64,000 nt of DNA from Acidobacteriota bacterium (GTDB lineage Bacteria; Acidobacteriota; Terriglobia; Acidiferrales; 2-02-FULL-67-57), in contig JBBIPK010000005.1 in assembly GCA_037442885.1 (NCBI GenBank), positions 6,315 to 70,314 on the forward strand, given 5' to 3'. The notes beneath the pieces were generated by a model. It was not told the origin of the DNA. It ran no database searches and was given only the letters and a program-made list of their open reading frames with translations. This document shows, in pieces, positions 27,968 through 36,651 of the stretch. The stretch's first letter is position 1, and each line of letters begins with the position of its first letter. Position numbers and translations under genes: made by a program.

Positions 27968-29665
27968 ATGGCGCGAAGGACAACCAGAATCATCGGCTGG
28001 AGTTTGCTTCTGCTTCTTGTGTTGGCGGTCGTGGCCAATCAACTGGGGCGTCGCATCCCCGCTCAGACGGTGCTCGACATCCGGATTGACGGCACGGTGG
28101 CGGAAGAGCCGCCACTGGATCTGCGGGCACGTTTCTGGATGGGCGATGTGCTGGTGGTCCGGGACCTCTTGGAAGCCCTCGATCGAGCCAAGACGGACCC
28201 ACACATTGCCGGTGTTCTGGTGCGCATTCATCCGTTCGATATGAACATGGCAAAAGTGCAGGAGCTGCGGGGCAAACTGGAGGAGCTCGGGCAGGCGGGG
28301 AAATTCACCGTGGCGTTTCTGGAAATCGCGGACAACCGCATGTATTATCTGGCCACGGGCTGCCAGGAAGTCTATCTCGTGCCCACAACCCAGCTAGGCT
28401 TGCTGGGTTTGATGGCCGACAGCACGTTCCTGCGGGGCACGCTGGACAAGCTGCGCATCTACCCAGATCTCTACCACATCGCTGAGTACAAGACGGCCTC
28501 GAATCTGCTCACGGAGAAGAAATTCACCCCCGCCCATCGCGAAATGATCAACGACCTGGTGCGCGGGTGGTCGCAGCAATTCGTGCAAGGCATCGCCGCG
28601 GGGCGGCAACTCCAGCCCGCACAGGTGGAGGAAAAAATCCGTCAGGGGCCCTACAGTGCCGAGGGAGCGAAGCAGGCAGGTCTGGTGGACGACTTGTTGT
28701 ACGCAGACCAGTTGAAGGACGTGCTGAAAAAGAAGACGGGCCAGGACCCGCCTCGGACCATCGGTCTGGGTGAGTATCTGCAGCGCACGGAGCGGACGGG
28801 GCGGCACAAGATTGCCATCGTGCACGGCACAGGAGGCATCGATATCGGCCGCAGCCGCTACGACCCCATGCTCGGGCTGACGATGGGATCGGACACGGTC
28901 GGCGCAGCCTTGCGAGCGGCCCGGGAAGACAATTCCGTCAAAGCGATTGTTTTTCGCATCGACAGCCCCGGGGGATCGGCCATTGCCTCCGAGATCGTTC
29001 GCCGCGAAGTGGAGCTGGCTCGGGAAAAGAAGCCCGTGGTCGTCTCCATGTCGGATGTGGCCGGTTCGGGCGGCTACTGGATTGCCATGTCGGCGAACAA
29101 GATTGTGGCGCAGGCCGGAACCCTCACCGGCTCGATTGGCGTTGTCTTCGGGAAACTCAACTATCGGGGTTTCTATGAGCTGCTCGGGATGACGAAGGAT
29201 CAAGTCGCTACCACGGAGAATGCGACGCTCCTCTACCCGTTTGAGAACTTTACGCCGAAACAGCGAGCGATTGTGCTGCAGTTGATGCGGGAGATTTATG
29301 ACAATTTTCTCGCTGGTGTCTCGCAGGGGCGCAATCTTCCCGTTCCGGAAGTGGACCGGATCGGCAAGGGACGCGTGTGGCTGGGGGACAGAGCGAAGGA
29401 GTTGAAGCTCGTAGACGAGCTCGGAGGTCTCGACCGCGCGATTGCCCTGGCCAAAGAGCTGGCAAAGATTCCCGCTGAGGAGAGCGTGACCTACGTCGTT
29501 TATCCCCGACCCAAGACCACTTGGGAGGAATTCACCGAGTGGTTCGGCGTGACCACCAATCCCATTCCCCCGAGCGGGGCAAAGGAGTGGCTTGATCCCT
29601 CCCAGTCGCTGTTAGCGCGCAATCCGGTTCTGGCACTGATGCCGTTCGAGCTGCGCGTGCGCTAA
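27968..29665 (+). CDS. sppA: signal peptide peptidase SppA, 67K (tandem-domain) type
   Basis: ATG at 27968 after GGGAGG. N-terminal TM, then two ClpP/crotonase-like halves. The second half carries SMSDVAGSGGYWIA (catalytic Ser context). Confidence 0.88.
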   Translation: MARRTTRIIGWSLLLLLVLAVVANQLGRRIPAQTVLDIRIDGTVAEEPPLDLRARFWMGDVLVVRDLLEALDRAKTDPHIAGVLVRIHPFDMNMAKVQELRGKLEELGQAGKFTVAFLEIADNRMYYLATGCQEVYLVPTTQLGLLGLMADSTFLRGTLDKLRIYPDLYHIAEYKTASNLLTEKKFTPAHREMINDLVRGWSQQFVQGIAAGRQLQPAQVEEKIRQGPYSAEGAKQAGLVDDLLYADQLKDVLKKKTGQDPPRTIGLGEYLQRTERTGRHKIAIVHGTGGIDIGRSRYDPMLGLTMGSDTVGAALRAAREDNSVKAIVFRIDSPGGSAIASEIVRREVELAREKKPVVVSMSDVAGSGGYWIAMSANKIVAQAGTLTGSIGVVFGKLNYRGFYELLGMTKDQVATTENATLLYPFENFTPKQRAIVLQLMREIYDNFLAGVSQGRNLPVPEVDRIGKGRVWLGDRAKELKLVDELGGLDRAIALAKELAKIPAEESVTYVVYPRPKTTWEEFTEWFGVTTNPIPPSGAKEWLDPSQSLLARNPVLALMPFELRVR

Positions 29666-30330
29666 GGGCCATAAAGATTGCGCGTCCGGATGTAGCTAGC
29701 CACCTCCGCAGGGACGAGACCTTCCAGAGATTTCCCCTGCCCGCAGAGCTCGCGCACTCGAGTGGAAGAGATGCGCTGGACTTCGGTGGGCATCTCCAGG
29801 GTGTGGATGCGCGCGCGATAGGGCGCGAGCTCCGGGTCATTGGGCAATTGGAGCTCGCCTTCCCGACGGGCTATCGCGAGTTCAAATCGGTGGAACATTT
29901 CGCGCAAGGCTTCCTTGCGGTCTGGATAGTCCCATAGAAGAATGCGGTTGGCGGCATCGGCACCAATCAGAAAGAGCAGGCGAGCCTCCCGCGGATAGTG
30001 GGATTCGAGTGCCTGTGCAATATCGAGGAAGATCCCATGGGTTGAGACAGCCAGCGAGTAGCATGGATAGGGCTGGAGCGCGAGTTCGAGCATGGCGAGG
30101 CGGTCCTCCAGACTTGCTTCTCTCGGTTCGCGATGCGGAAGCCGCGCGGGCAGGACGAAGAGAATCTCATCGAGCTGGAAATGCTCTTGGGCCTGGTTGG
30201 CGAGGGCCAGGTGTCCGCTGGTCACCGGATTGAAGGTTCCGCCGAGCACGCCCAGGGCTGCCTTGCCGCCGGTTGCGACAATGCCTCGCGGAGCGCGGCG
30301 GATGAAGCGCAGCGCAGGTGCTGATTCCAT
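29662..30330 (-). CDS. nadD: nicotinate-nucleotide adenylyltransferase
   Basis: The ORF extends to TTG 30360, but ATG 30330 is preferred. GVLGGTFNPVTSGHLALA (the (H/T)xGH motif) and a C-terminal ISSTRVRE motif. Confidence 0.88.
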   Translation of the reverse strand: MESAPALRFIRRAPRGIVATGGKAALGVLGGTFNPVTSGHLALANQAQEHFQLDEILFVLPARLPHREPREASLEDRLAMLELALQPYPCYSLAVSTHGIFLDIAQALESHYPREARLLFLIGADAANRILLWDYPDRKEALREMFHRFELAIARREGELQLPNDPELAPYRARIHTLEMPTEVQRISSTRVRELCGQGKSLEGLVPAEVASYIRTRNLYGP

Positions 30331-30340
30331 CTCGAATGAT

Positions 30341-31237
30341 TCAGGGCCAGGCAACTTCAATCCAGACCGGGTCGTGGTCGGAGCTCTTGACCTTGCGAGC
30401 TACGCCGGAGGCGCGCACCTGCAGGCCGCGCGTGTAAATGCTGTCGAGGTGAAACCGAAAGAAGCCCCGGCGGCTGGTGGAGCCGGCTTCTCGCAAGGAG
30501 GTTTCCAAGCCGTGTTCCAGCATGAACTCATCAACGGATTTGGCCTGGTTGGAACGAAAAATCGGAACGACGTGTCCCAGCCAGCGGAAGGGCGAGGTGT
30601 TGAAGTCGCCCCCCACGACGACGCGCGCTATCGAGTCTCTGGCCGCCCGCTCGGCGATGGGGCGGAGTTGTTCGCGGCGGTCGCCGGGATTGAGGCGAGT
30701 ATCGAGGTGGAGGTTATAGACGCGCAACGCAACGCGGCCGACCTCGACGAGGGCAGTCAGGGCGATCCGTTGCCGGGTCCGGTAGCGGAGATTGAATTGC
30801 GGGAGCCGAATGACTTCGGTGTCGCGCAAGGGATAGCGGCTCAGTATGGCGAGGCCGTGAGTGCCGCCGGTTTCGGTTGTCCGGGCGGGGGCATAGACAT
30901 AGTTCAACCCGAGCGCCTCAGCCAGTTTCGCGGTTCGGCTTGAGCCTTCCGCGGGATAGTCCTCTATTTCCTGAATCAAGAACACGTCGGCGGCGCCAAC
31001 TTCCTCGCTCGTGCGGATAGCCTCGGCCAGCTTCAGCGGCTCAAGGGCATAGTGGACGTTGAAGGAAACAATGCGGAGCACCGAAGGGACTTCCGCGGGT
31101 GGCGGGCGGAGATTGGCAACAACGGGTGCAAAGTTCGCCTCCGGCGGACCCTGTGCGGAAACGAAAGCCTGGACGAAAGTCAGGAGCAGGAGGCCCAGAG
31201 TCGGGGGTGATGTCATTTCTTCCCGGTGCCCTGTCAT
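30341..31237 (-). CDS. exported endonuclease/exonuclease/phosphatase (EEP) family protein
   Basis: 298 aa. Signal peptide LGLLLLTFVQAFVSA. EEP blocks RIVSFNVHY, FLIQEI, GGDFN and SDHDPVW. Confidence 0.85.
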   Translation of the reverse strand: MTGHREEMTSPPTLGLLLLTFVQAFVSAQGPPEANFAPVVANLRPPPAEVPSVLRIVSFNVHYALEPLKLAEAIRTSEEVGAADVFLIQEIEDYPAEGSSRTAKLAEALGLNYVYAPARTTETGGTHGLAILSRYPLRDTEVIRLPQFNLRYRTRQRIALTALVEVGRVALRVYNLHLDTRLNPGDRREQLRPIAERAARDSIARVVVGGDFNTSPFRWLGHVVPIFRSNQAKSVDEFMLEHGLETSLREAGSTSRRGFFRFHLDSIYTRGLQVRASGVARKVKSSDHDPVWIEVAWP

Positions 31238-31323
31238 TCTACTTGTGGCTTAGAGGATTGCCAACTTGCCTTCCCCACATTTCTTGCCGAATGCCGCATG
31301 CAACAGCCCAACTGCAGGCGCCC

Positions 31324-32103
31324 TCAGGGCCACTGGTCGGCAAGGCGCGAGCGCAGGCGTTGCACGCAGGAAAAGAATGCCTGGGGCCGCTGCCTTTCGC
31401 TGCCGGCACACTCCTCCAACACAGCCTCGACCTGGGGCTTCAGTTTTCCCGGTTGAATCGCACCGAGAATCATCAGTGACGGCGCTACGCAGACCTCCCC
31501 AAAGGAAGCATGGGCGGGCTCGGCGAGAAACCGGAGGATGTCGCGAGCAGTCTCTTCATCCCAGCGCCGCGCGGTCACCTCGTTGTTCGGCTTTTCAGCC
31601 CAGAGTTTTTGCTGGCCTTCCCAGCCGCCCTCGGCGAGGTAGAAGAAGCGCACGGAGCGAAAGCCGGAGTCGAAGAGAAGGGTGCCAAGTGGTGTGAGGA
31701 CAGGTGGCACGCGGCGCATGAGCAAGCGGTAGGAGGTCTCGTGCTGAGGCGCTTCGCAGGCCAGCATGACGTGGCCGCCGGGCGGGATAAGCGCGCTGAG
31801 ATGCCGGAAGAGAAAGCGGTCGAGGCCGGCGGTCGCCAGGTTGGCTTCAATGGAGCGATCCCGGGCGGCCGTGACACTCGAATGATACTCGGTGATCTCG
31901 AGCCAAGGGAACACACCGCGCCCGCCGCGACTGAAGACTGCCTCGACCACCGGAGGAAGAAAGGTGTGTTTGCCCGCTGTGAGCAGGAGGCGGAAGGAGG
32001 TCCAACCGGACTTACTTCCCGGTCGAACATCGACGAGCCGCAGGGAGTAGGGCCCGAGCGGCGTGCCGTCCAGCGCAGCTGAGAGTTCAGGGACCTGCGT
32101 CAT
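31324..32103 (-). CDS. hypothetical protein
   Basis: 259-aa ORF with ATG start and good GC3 bias. No motif I can name with confidence. Confidence 0.6.
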   Translation of the reverse strand: MTQVPELSAALDGTPLGPYSLRLVDVRPGSKSGWTSFRLLLTAGKHTFLPPVVEAVFSRGGRGVFPWLEITEYHSSVTAARDRSIEANLATAGLDRFLFRHLSALIPPGGHVMLACEAPQHETSYRLLMRRVPPVLTPLGTLLFDSGFRSVRFFYLAEGGWEGQQKLWAEKPNNEVTARRWDEETARDILRFLAEPAHASFGEVCVAPSLMILGAIQPGKLKPQVEAVLEECAGSERQRPQAFFSCVQRLRSRLADQWP

Positions 32104-32184
32104 CGCGCGATGCTCTGTCGTATGCTTCTGGCCGATCCTTCGCTACTATAGCGCCGCAGCCCTCCGTCGGATAGGGGGAGGAAA

Positions 32185-33543
32185 ATGGAATTCAAGACGA
32201 TTATTGAGCCGTTCAAGATCAAGATGGTCGAGCCGATTCGCTGGACCACGCAGGGCGAGCGCGAGCAACTCTTGCACGAAGCGGGCTACAACCTGTTCCT
32301 GGTCCCGGCCGAAGACATCTTGATTGACCTGCTCTCGGACTCCGGCACCGGTGCGATGAGCACGGAGCAGTGGGCTGCCATGATGCGGGGAGACGAGAGC
32401 TACGCCGGGAGCGTGAGCTTTGACCATCTGCGCCGCACCGTGCAGGAGATTTTCGGCTACCAGCACGTGATTCCCACTCACCAGGGGCGCGCTGCCGAAC
32501 GCATTCTCTTCACTGTGATGTGCAAGAAAGGCGACGTCGTGCCCAACAACACGCACTTTGACACCACGCGCGCCAATGTCGAGTTCGTCGGCGCTGAGGC
32601 GGTGGACCTTCCCATCCCCGAAGGGAGGGAGCCGGCGACTCTCCATCCCTTCAAGGGGAACATGGACGTGGCCGCGTTGGAGCAACTGATCGAGCGCGTG
32701 GGTGCTCAGCGCATTCCGCTGGTGATGATGACGATAACGAACAATTCCGGCGGCGGGCAGCCGGTTTCGCTGGAGAACATCCGCGCCGTGCGCGCTGTCT
32801 GCGACCGCCACCATCTGCCTCTCTACTTCGACGCCTGCCGCTTTGCCGAGAACTCCTACTTCATCAAGCAGCGCGAGCCAGGCTATGCCGCGAAGACACC
32901 GAAAGAGATTGCACAGGAAACGTTCCGCCTAGGCGATGGCTGCACGATGTCGGCGAAGAAAGACGGCCTGGCAAACATCGGCGGGTTTCTCTGTACGAAC
33001 GACGACCGGCTGGCTCAACAGGAGAAGAACCTTCTCATCCTGACGGAAGGCTACCCCACCTACGGCGGACTGGCGGGGCGCGACCTGGAAGCCATTGCCG
33101 TCGGATTGGAAGAGGTGTTGGATGAAGACTACCTCCGCTACCGCATTGTTTCGACGGCCTATCTGGGCAAGCACATCGCCGAGTACGGCGTCCCCATCGT
33201 GCAGCCGCCGGGCGGGCATGCCATCTATTTGGATGCGCGCGCCTTCTGCCCGCATATCCCACCGCGTGAATTTCCGGGCGTGACGCTGGCGGGTGAACTC
33301 TATCTGGCCGGAGGCATCCGCTCCTGCGAGATCGGGACGCTGATGTTCGGGGAGCATGCCACGATGGATCTGGTGCGGCTGGCGATTCCGCGCCGCGTCT
33401 ATACGCAAAGCCATGTGGACTATGTGATTGAAGTCATCCGGCGCGTTTGGGAGCAGCGCGAGCGCATTGTCGGGCTGCGGCTGGTCTACAGCGCGCCCTT
33501 TCTGCGGCATTTCACGGCCCGCTTTGAGCGGTTGGAGCGGTAA
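32185..33543 (+). CDS. beta-eliminating lyase: tryptophanase / tyrosine phenol-lyase family
   Basis: 452 aa, GGGGGAGG Shine-Dalgarno. EPFKIKMVEPI..., DLLSDSGTGAMS, PTHQGRAAE, the PLP-lysine context CTMSAKKDGLANIGGFL, and C-terminal FLRHFTARFE. Confidence 0.9.
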   Translation: MEFKTIIEPFKIKMVEPIRWTTQGEREQLLHEAGYNLFLVPAEDILIDLLSDSGTGAMSTEQWAAMMRGDESYAGSVSFDHLRRTVQEIFGYQHVIPTHQGRAAERILFTVMCKKGDVVPNNTHFDTTRANVEFVGAEAVDLPIPEGREPATLHPFKGNMDVAALEQLIERVGAQRIPLVMMTITNNSGGGQPVSLENIRAVRAVCDRHHLPLYFDACRFAENSYFIKQREPGYAAKTPKEIAQETFRLGDGCTMSAKKDGLANIGGFLCTNDDRLAQQEKNLLILTEGYPTYGGLAGRDLEAIAVGLEEVLDEDYLRYRIVSTAYLGKHIAEYGVPIVQPPGGHAIYLDARAFCPHIPPREFPGVTLAGELYLAGGIRSCEIGTLMFGEHATMDLVRLAIPRRVYTQSHVDYVIEVIRRVWEQRERIVGLRLVYSAPFLRHFTARFERLER

Positions 33544-35743
33544 GCACCGGGTTGGGCACGGTGGGCGAGAAAAAGTGGGCAAACGGCTCAAAGGCATCCC
33601 GCAGCAGTTCGAGGTATTTCTCCCGGTCATAGCCTTCGGTGCCATTCAACAAGGCAAACGCGCGGGCGCGTTCGTGGGGGAGCGTGGCCTTTGCGTTGGT
33701 GACCACGTAGGTGATGCATTCGCCTGGACGCAGACCAATGCCGCGGGCGGCCAGTTGCTGCGCGGCGACGGCCACCAGACTCGCTTTCTCGTAGCCTTCG
33801 GGTGATTGGGTCAGGCGTTTGTGGATGAGGAGATCTTCCCAGGCAATCTGTCCGCTCTGCAGTTTTTCCTCGTAGCGTTCGAGCACGGCGCGTGCTTCCA
33901 CAAGCTTCTGCCGGTAGGAGGGAGCATCGTAGGCTTCGCTCAGCAACTGCAAGACTTCTTCCTGCATGCGCGCGACGATGCGCGGCGTGTCGTGCCGGCG
34001 CAGCTCCAGCCCTCGCACTTTCAGCTCCCCCGCTTCGGACACAGCAAAAAACCGATTCGGTACGGGGATGTAGTCGAACTGTTTCGAAGGCAAGAACACG
34101 ATGTAGCGATAGACCGCTTCGAGGGCAATGGGCAGGCGCGTGGCGGCGGAAAGTGTGCGGGCAAGCTGTTCGTAGTCGGCGCGGGTTGCTTCTTCTTTCT
34201 GCACATACATGGAATCCACGATGGCGTGGAGGAGCCGGAAGCCCGCTCCTTCGGCGATTTCCTTGGCACGCAGCAAGGTTTCGCGGGCGATGGCATTGAT
34301 GGCTTCGTGCGCCTCGATGCGGCCGACGCGGGCGTTCTTGTAACCGAGATAGCCGAAGCAGCAGACAAGCAGCCACTTGGCGGCGTCGCGGCGCAGTTGG
34401 TAGCTGCGACGCAGCGCAGGTGCAAGCGCCGGGCCGAGCTGCTCTTTGTAGCGTCGGCGCTTTTCGATCAGCGGCGCCACCGTACGTCCCGCGACGCCGC
34501 GCCGCCGCTGGCAGATGCGGTAGCCGAGCTCGGGTAGGGGCGGGCTCTGCGGGCAGCAACCACAGTTGATCGTTTCCGAGGAAACATTGCACCGAGCCAT
34601 GATGGTGGGGAACATCGAAGGCCAGTCCAGCTCCGCCACGTTTTCGTGGAAGCCGAGGCGGGGCGGAAAAATCAAGCCGCCGCGGTCGGCGAGTTGCAGT
34701 TGGTCGGGGCGCTTGAAGGCCTCGGGCTCGCTCTTCTGCTCGGGGATGAGAACGCCGTCGCGATAGAGCACTTCCATCTGCATGTAGCTGATGCCCGTGC
34801 CGGTGGTGGTGCGGGCGGCGTACTGCACGGGCAGCTTCGTCAGCCGCGCGAGTTCCCACAGTCCTGCCAGCTCGCATTCTTCCGTGATGAATGAGTTCTG
34901 CGTGTCCACATGCAGGCGGCCGAAGAGCGTGGTGCTGCTGGCTTTGAAGAGAATGCGGCCGTAGGAAATGAGGCTGCGCGCCCGCGTGCGCTGCACGGCG
35001 TGGTCAGGGTCGCGGTTCAACGGCAGCGGAATCCGGTATCGCGCTGCCTGGCGCAATAGCCCGGGCAGCAGCGTTGAATCTCCGTAGTCCGAGACGATCA
35101 GGTCAGGATCGTAGCGTGCCAGCAACCGCTGGAAAGTCTTGGCTACCGGTTCGTCGGCGTCGCTGATCTCGCAGCTTTCGTCGCCCACCTCGACTTCGAG
35201 CGCTGCGCGCACGCCATGGCCGGGATTCAAAGCCTCTGCCCCGTGCAGCCGCAGGCGCATCACTTGCAAGGGAGGCAGCGCATAGTCGAGTGCCCATTCA
35301 TCATCCTGGCAGGCCAGGGCGCGGACGCGCCCGGAGGCGTCGGCTTCCAGCTCGCACCAGGCGAGGGGGAAAACCTGCTTCTCAAAGCAGTAGAGGGCAG
35401 CCGGCAGCAAGTCACTGTTGTAGAGACGCAGCGTTGGATCGAAACGCCGAACAAACGTGCGGATGGCGGTGGATCGCGTGGGGATGGCGATGGAAAGCGC
35501 CAGCACGCGGCAGGTTCGATTGTCCCAGAAGTTACGCCGCTCGGTGAGCCGGCAGGTCACCGGCCAACCCCGTGCCCCGAGCACCCATTGCAGGCGGAGC
35601 AGCCGTGCCTCCGGCCCCTGCACGTAGAACACCGGGGAGAATGCATCACTCAGCCGGTAGCGTTTCCGGTTCGGATCCATCACCCACAGCGTCATCCCCT
35701 GTGGGTTGGGGTAGAGGTCGAACAGCCAGCCGCGAATCTGCAT
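33512..35743 (-). CDS. divergent family-B (Pol II-like) DNA polymerase with substituted exonuclease motifs
   Basis: ATG at 35743 preceded by AAGGA. 743 aa. Motif A ELDWPSMFPTI, motif B KWLLVCCFGYLGY, motif C LLHAIVDSMYV, and KxY-region KVRGLELRRHDTP. ExoI/II/III positions read RLRLH, SDYGDSTLL and FITEE. The ORF-track extension to 35965 is rejected. Confidence 0.8.
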   Translation of the reverse strand: MQIRGWLFDLYPNPQGMTLWVMDPNRKRYRLSDAFSPVFYVQGPEARLLRLQWVLGARGWPVTCRLTERRNFWDNRTCRVLALSIAIPTRSTAIRTFVRRFDPTLRLYNSDLLPAALYCFEKQVFPLAWCELEADASGRVRALACQDDEWALDYALPPLQVMRLRLHGAEALNPGHGVRAALEVEVGDESCEISDADEPVAKTFQRLLARYDPDLIVSDYGDSTLLPGLLRQAARYRIPLPLNRDPDHAVQRTRARSLISYGRILFKASSTTLFGRLHVDTQNSFITEECELAGLWELARLTKLPVQYAARTTTGTGISYMQMEVLYRDGVLIPEQKSEPEAFKRPDQLQLADRGGLIFPPRLGFHENVAELDWPSMFPTIMARCNVSSETINCGCCPQSPPLPELGYRICQRRRGVAGRTVAPLIEKRRRYKEQLGPALAPALRRSYQLRRDAAKWLLVCCFGYLGYKNARVGRIEAHEAINAIARETLLRAKEIAEGAGFRLLHAIVDSMYVQKEEATRADYEQLARTLSAATRLPIALEAVYRYIVFLPSKQFDYIPVPNRFFAVSEAGELKVRGLELRRHDTPRIVARMQEEVLQLLSEAYDAPSYRQKLVEARAVLERYEEKLQSGQIAWEDLLIHKRLTQSPEGYEKASLVAVAAQQLAARGIGLRPGECITYVVTNAKATLPHERARAFALLNGTEGYDREKYLELLRDAFEPFAHFFSPTVPNPVLTAPTAQSGP

Positions 35744-35999
35744 CGAGCAGTCCTTTCGCACGTACAATTCGTTCCATTGCCTCCAGCCGCTTCTCCTGGT
35801 CAATCGCCACAGCCAGCAGGATGGCTTCGAGTGGGTTCGCGTGACACTGGTAGGTGGCAGCCTCGGTATAGAGCCGCACTCGTTGGAATACCTGGTCGAA
35901 ATAGGCCTGGTCTTCGCGATAGAGCGCACGCCGGAACTTCCCCCAGCGGCGCGCTTCTTCATCAATCTGCTGGCGAAACGTCGGAACCGTGCGACCCAT
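35646..35999 (-). CDS. hypothetical 117-aa protein, middle gene of the polymerase operon
   Basis: ATG at 35999 preceded by GAGGTG that overlaps the stop of the upstream gene. Helical-looking FRRALYREDQAYFDQVFQRVRLYTEAATYQCHANPLEAILLAVAIDQEKRLEAMERIV. The last ~33 codons overlap the polymerase start out of frame. Confidence 0.6.
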   Translation of the reverse strand: MGRTVPTFRQQIDEEARRWGKFRRALYREDQAYFDQVFQRVRLYTEAATYQCHANPLEAILLAVAIDQEKRLEAMERIVRAKGLLDADSRLAVRPLPQPTGDDAVGDGSEPETLPAE

Positions 36000-36007
36000 G
36001 GCTCACC

Positions 36008-36634
36008 TCAAGCCGCCGGCAGCCGCGACCGCTCGCAGACGAGCGCGATCCCTGCGTCGGCGTCCACCGCAAAACGCCAGACTTGTTCTGCCTGACGCTC
36101 GAGCTGGAAGAAAAAACCTGCCCGCGCGGCCGCGGGGCGGGGAAGTGTCCCGCCGGAAAACACTGCTGTGGCTATGGGCCATTGCCGCAGTCGCGTCAGG
36201 GCGGCGAGCGTCTTCCGGTAGGAAGCAGCGGCGTCAAAGTCGCTGATGTCCTCGTCGCAAAACAGGTCGGGCAGCCCGGTGATCACCGCCACTTGAGCCG
36301 GGAAGCGAGCCAGCACATCCGGCAGGCGGCGGATCAGCTCTTCCAATTGAAAACAGGTGAAGGCGCGTGCCACCCGGATGGATTCGTTCAGTTGTGCAGA
36401 GGGAATGCGCCGCGAGCACGCCAGCCGTGCCAGCAGCAGGGGGTTGAAGCAGTTCGCGCCGTCCACAAACAACACCAAGCGCCGGCTCAGGTACACACCT
36501 GGCAGGAGGTAGTGCGCCAGCCGCGGTGTTTCCTCACAGCCGTAGAAAACTGCCAGCCCGCGCCGCGGCAGTACCCAGGGGCGAGAGGAAGAGGAGAGAA
36601 ATGGAAGCGATGCAGCCATCCGGCGGTACCCCAC
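36008..36634 (-). CDS. RecA/RadA-fold protein with degenerate Walker A/B motifs (ImuA-analogous?)
   Basis: 208 aa from GTG 36634 (alternative ATG 36619). The layout GLAVFYGCEETPRLAHYLL / LVLFVDGANCFNPLLLARLA / IRVARAFTCFQLEELI / VAVITGLPDLFCDEDI mirrors the Rad51/RadA core blocks, but there is no GxxGxGKT and no Walker-B Asp. Confidence 0.6.
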   Translation of the reverse strand: MGYRRMAASLPFLSSSSRPWVLPRRGLAVFYGCEETPRLAHYLLPGVYLSRRLVLFVDGANCFNPLLLARLACSRRIPSAQLNESIRVARAFTCFQLEELIRRLPDVLARFPAQVAVITGLPDLFCDEDISDFDAAASYRKTLAALTRLRQWPIATAVFSGGTLPRPAAARAGFFFQLERQAEQVWRFAVDADAGIALVCERSRLPAA

Positions 36635-36651
36635 GAGCCAGCTCGCAGGGC

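Noticed and set aside
35744-35965. N-terminal 74-codon extension of the polymerase ORF in the track (start at 35965)
   Set aside because: The extension (MMKKRAAGGSSGVRSIAKTRPISTRYSNE...) is unlike any PolB N-terminus. It lies over the well-behaved coding frame of the 117-aa gene. The ATG at 35743 has an AAGGA Shine-Dalgarno and begins with a typical PolB N-terminal strand.
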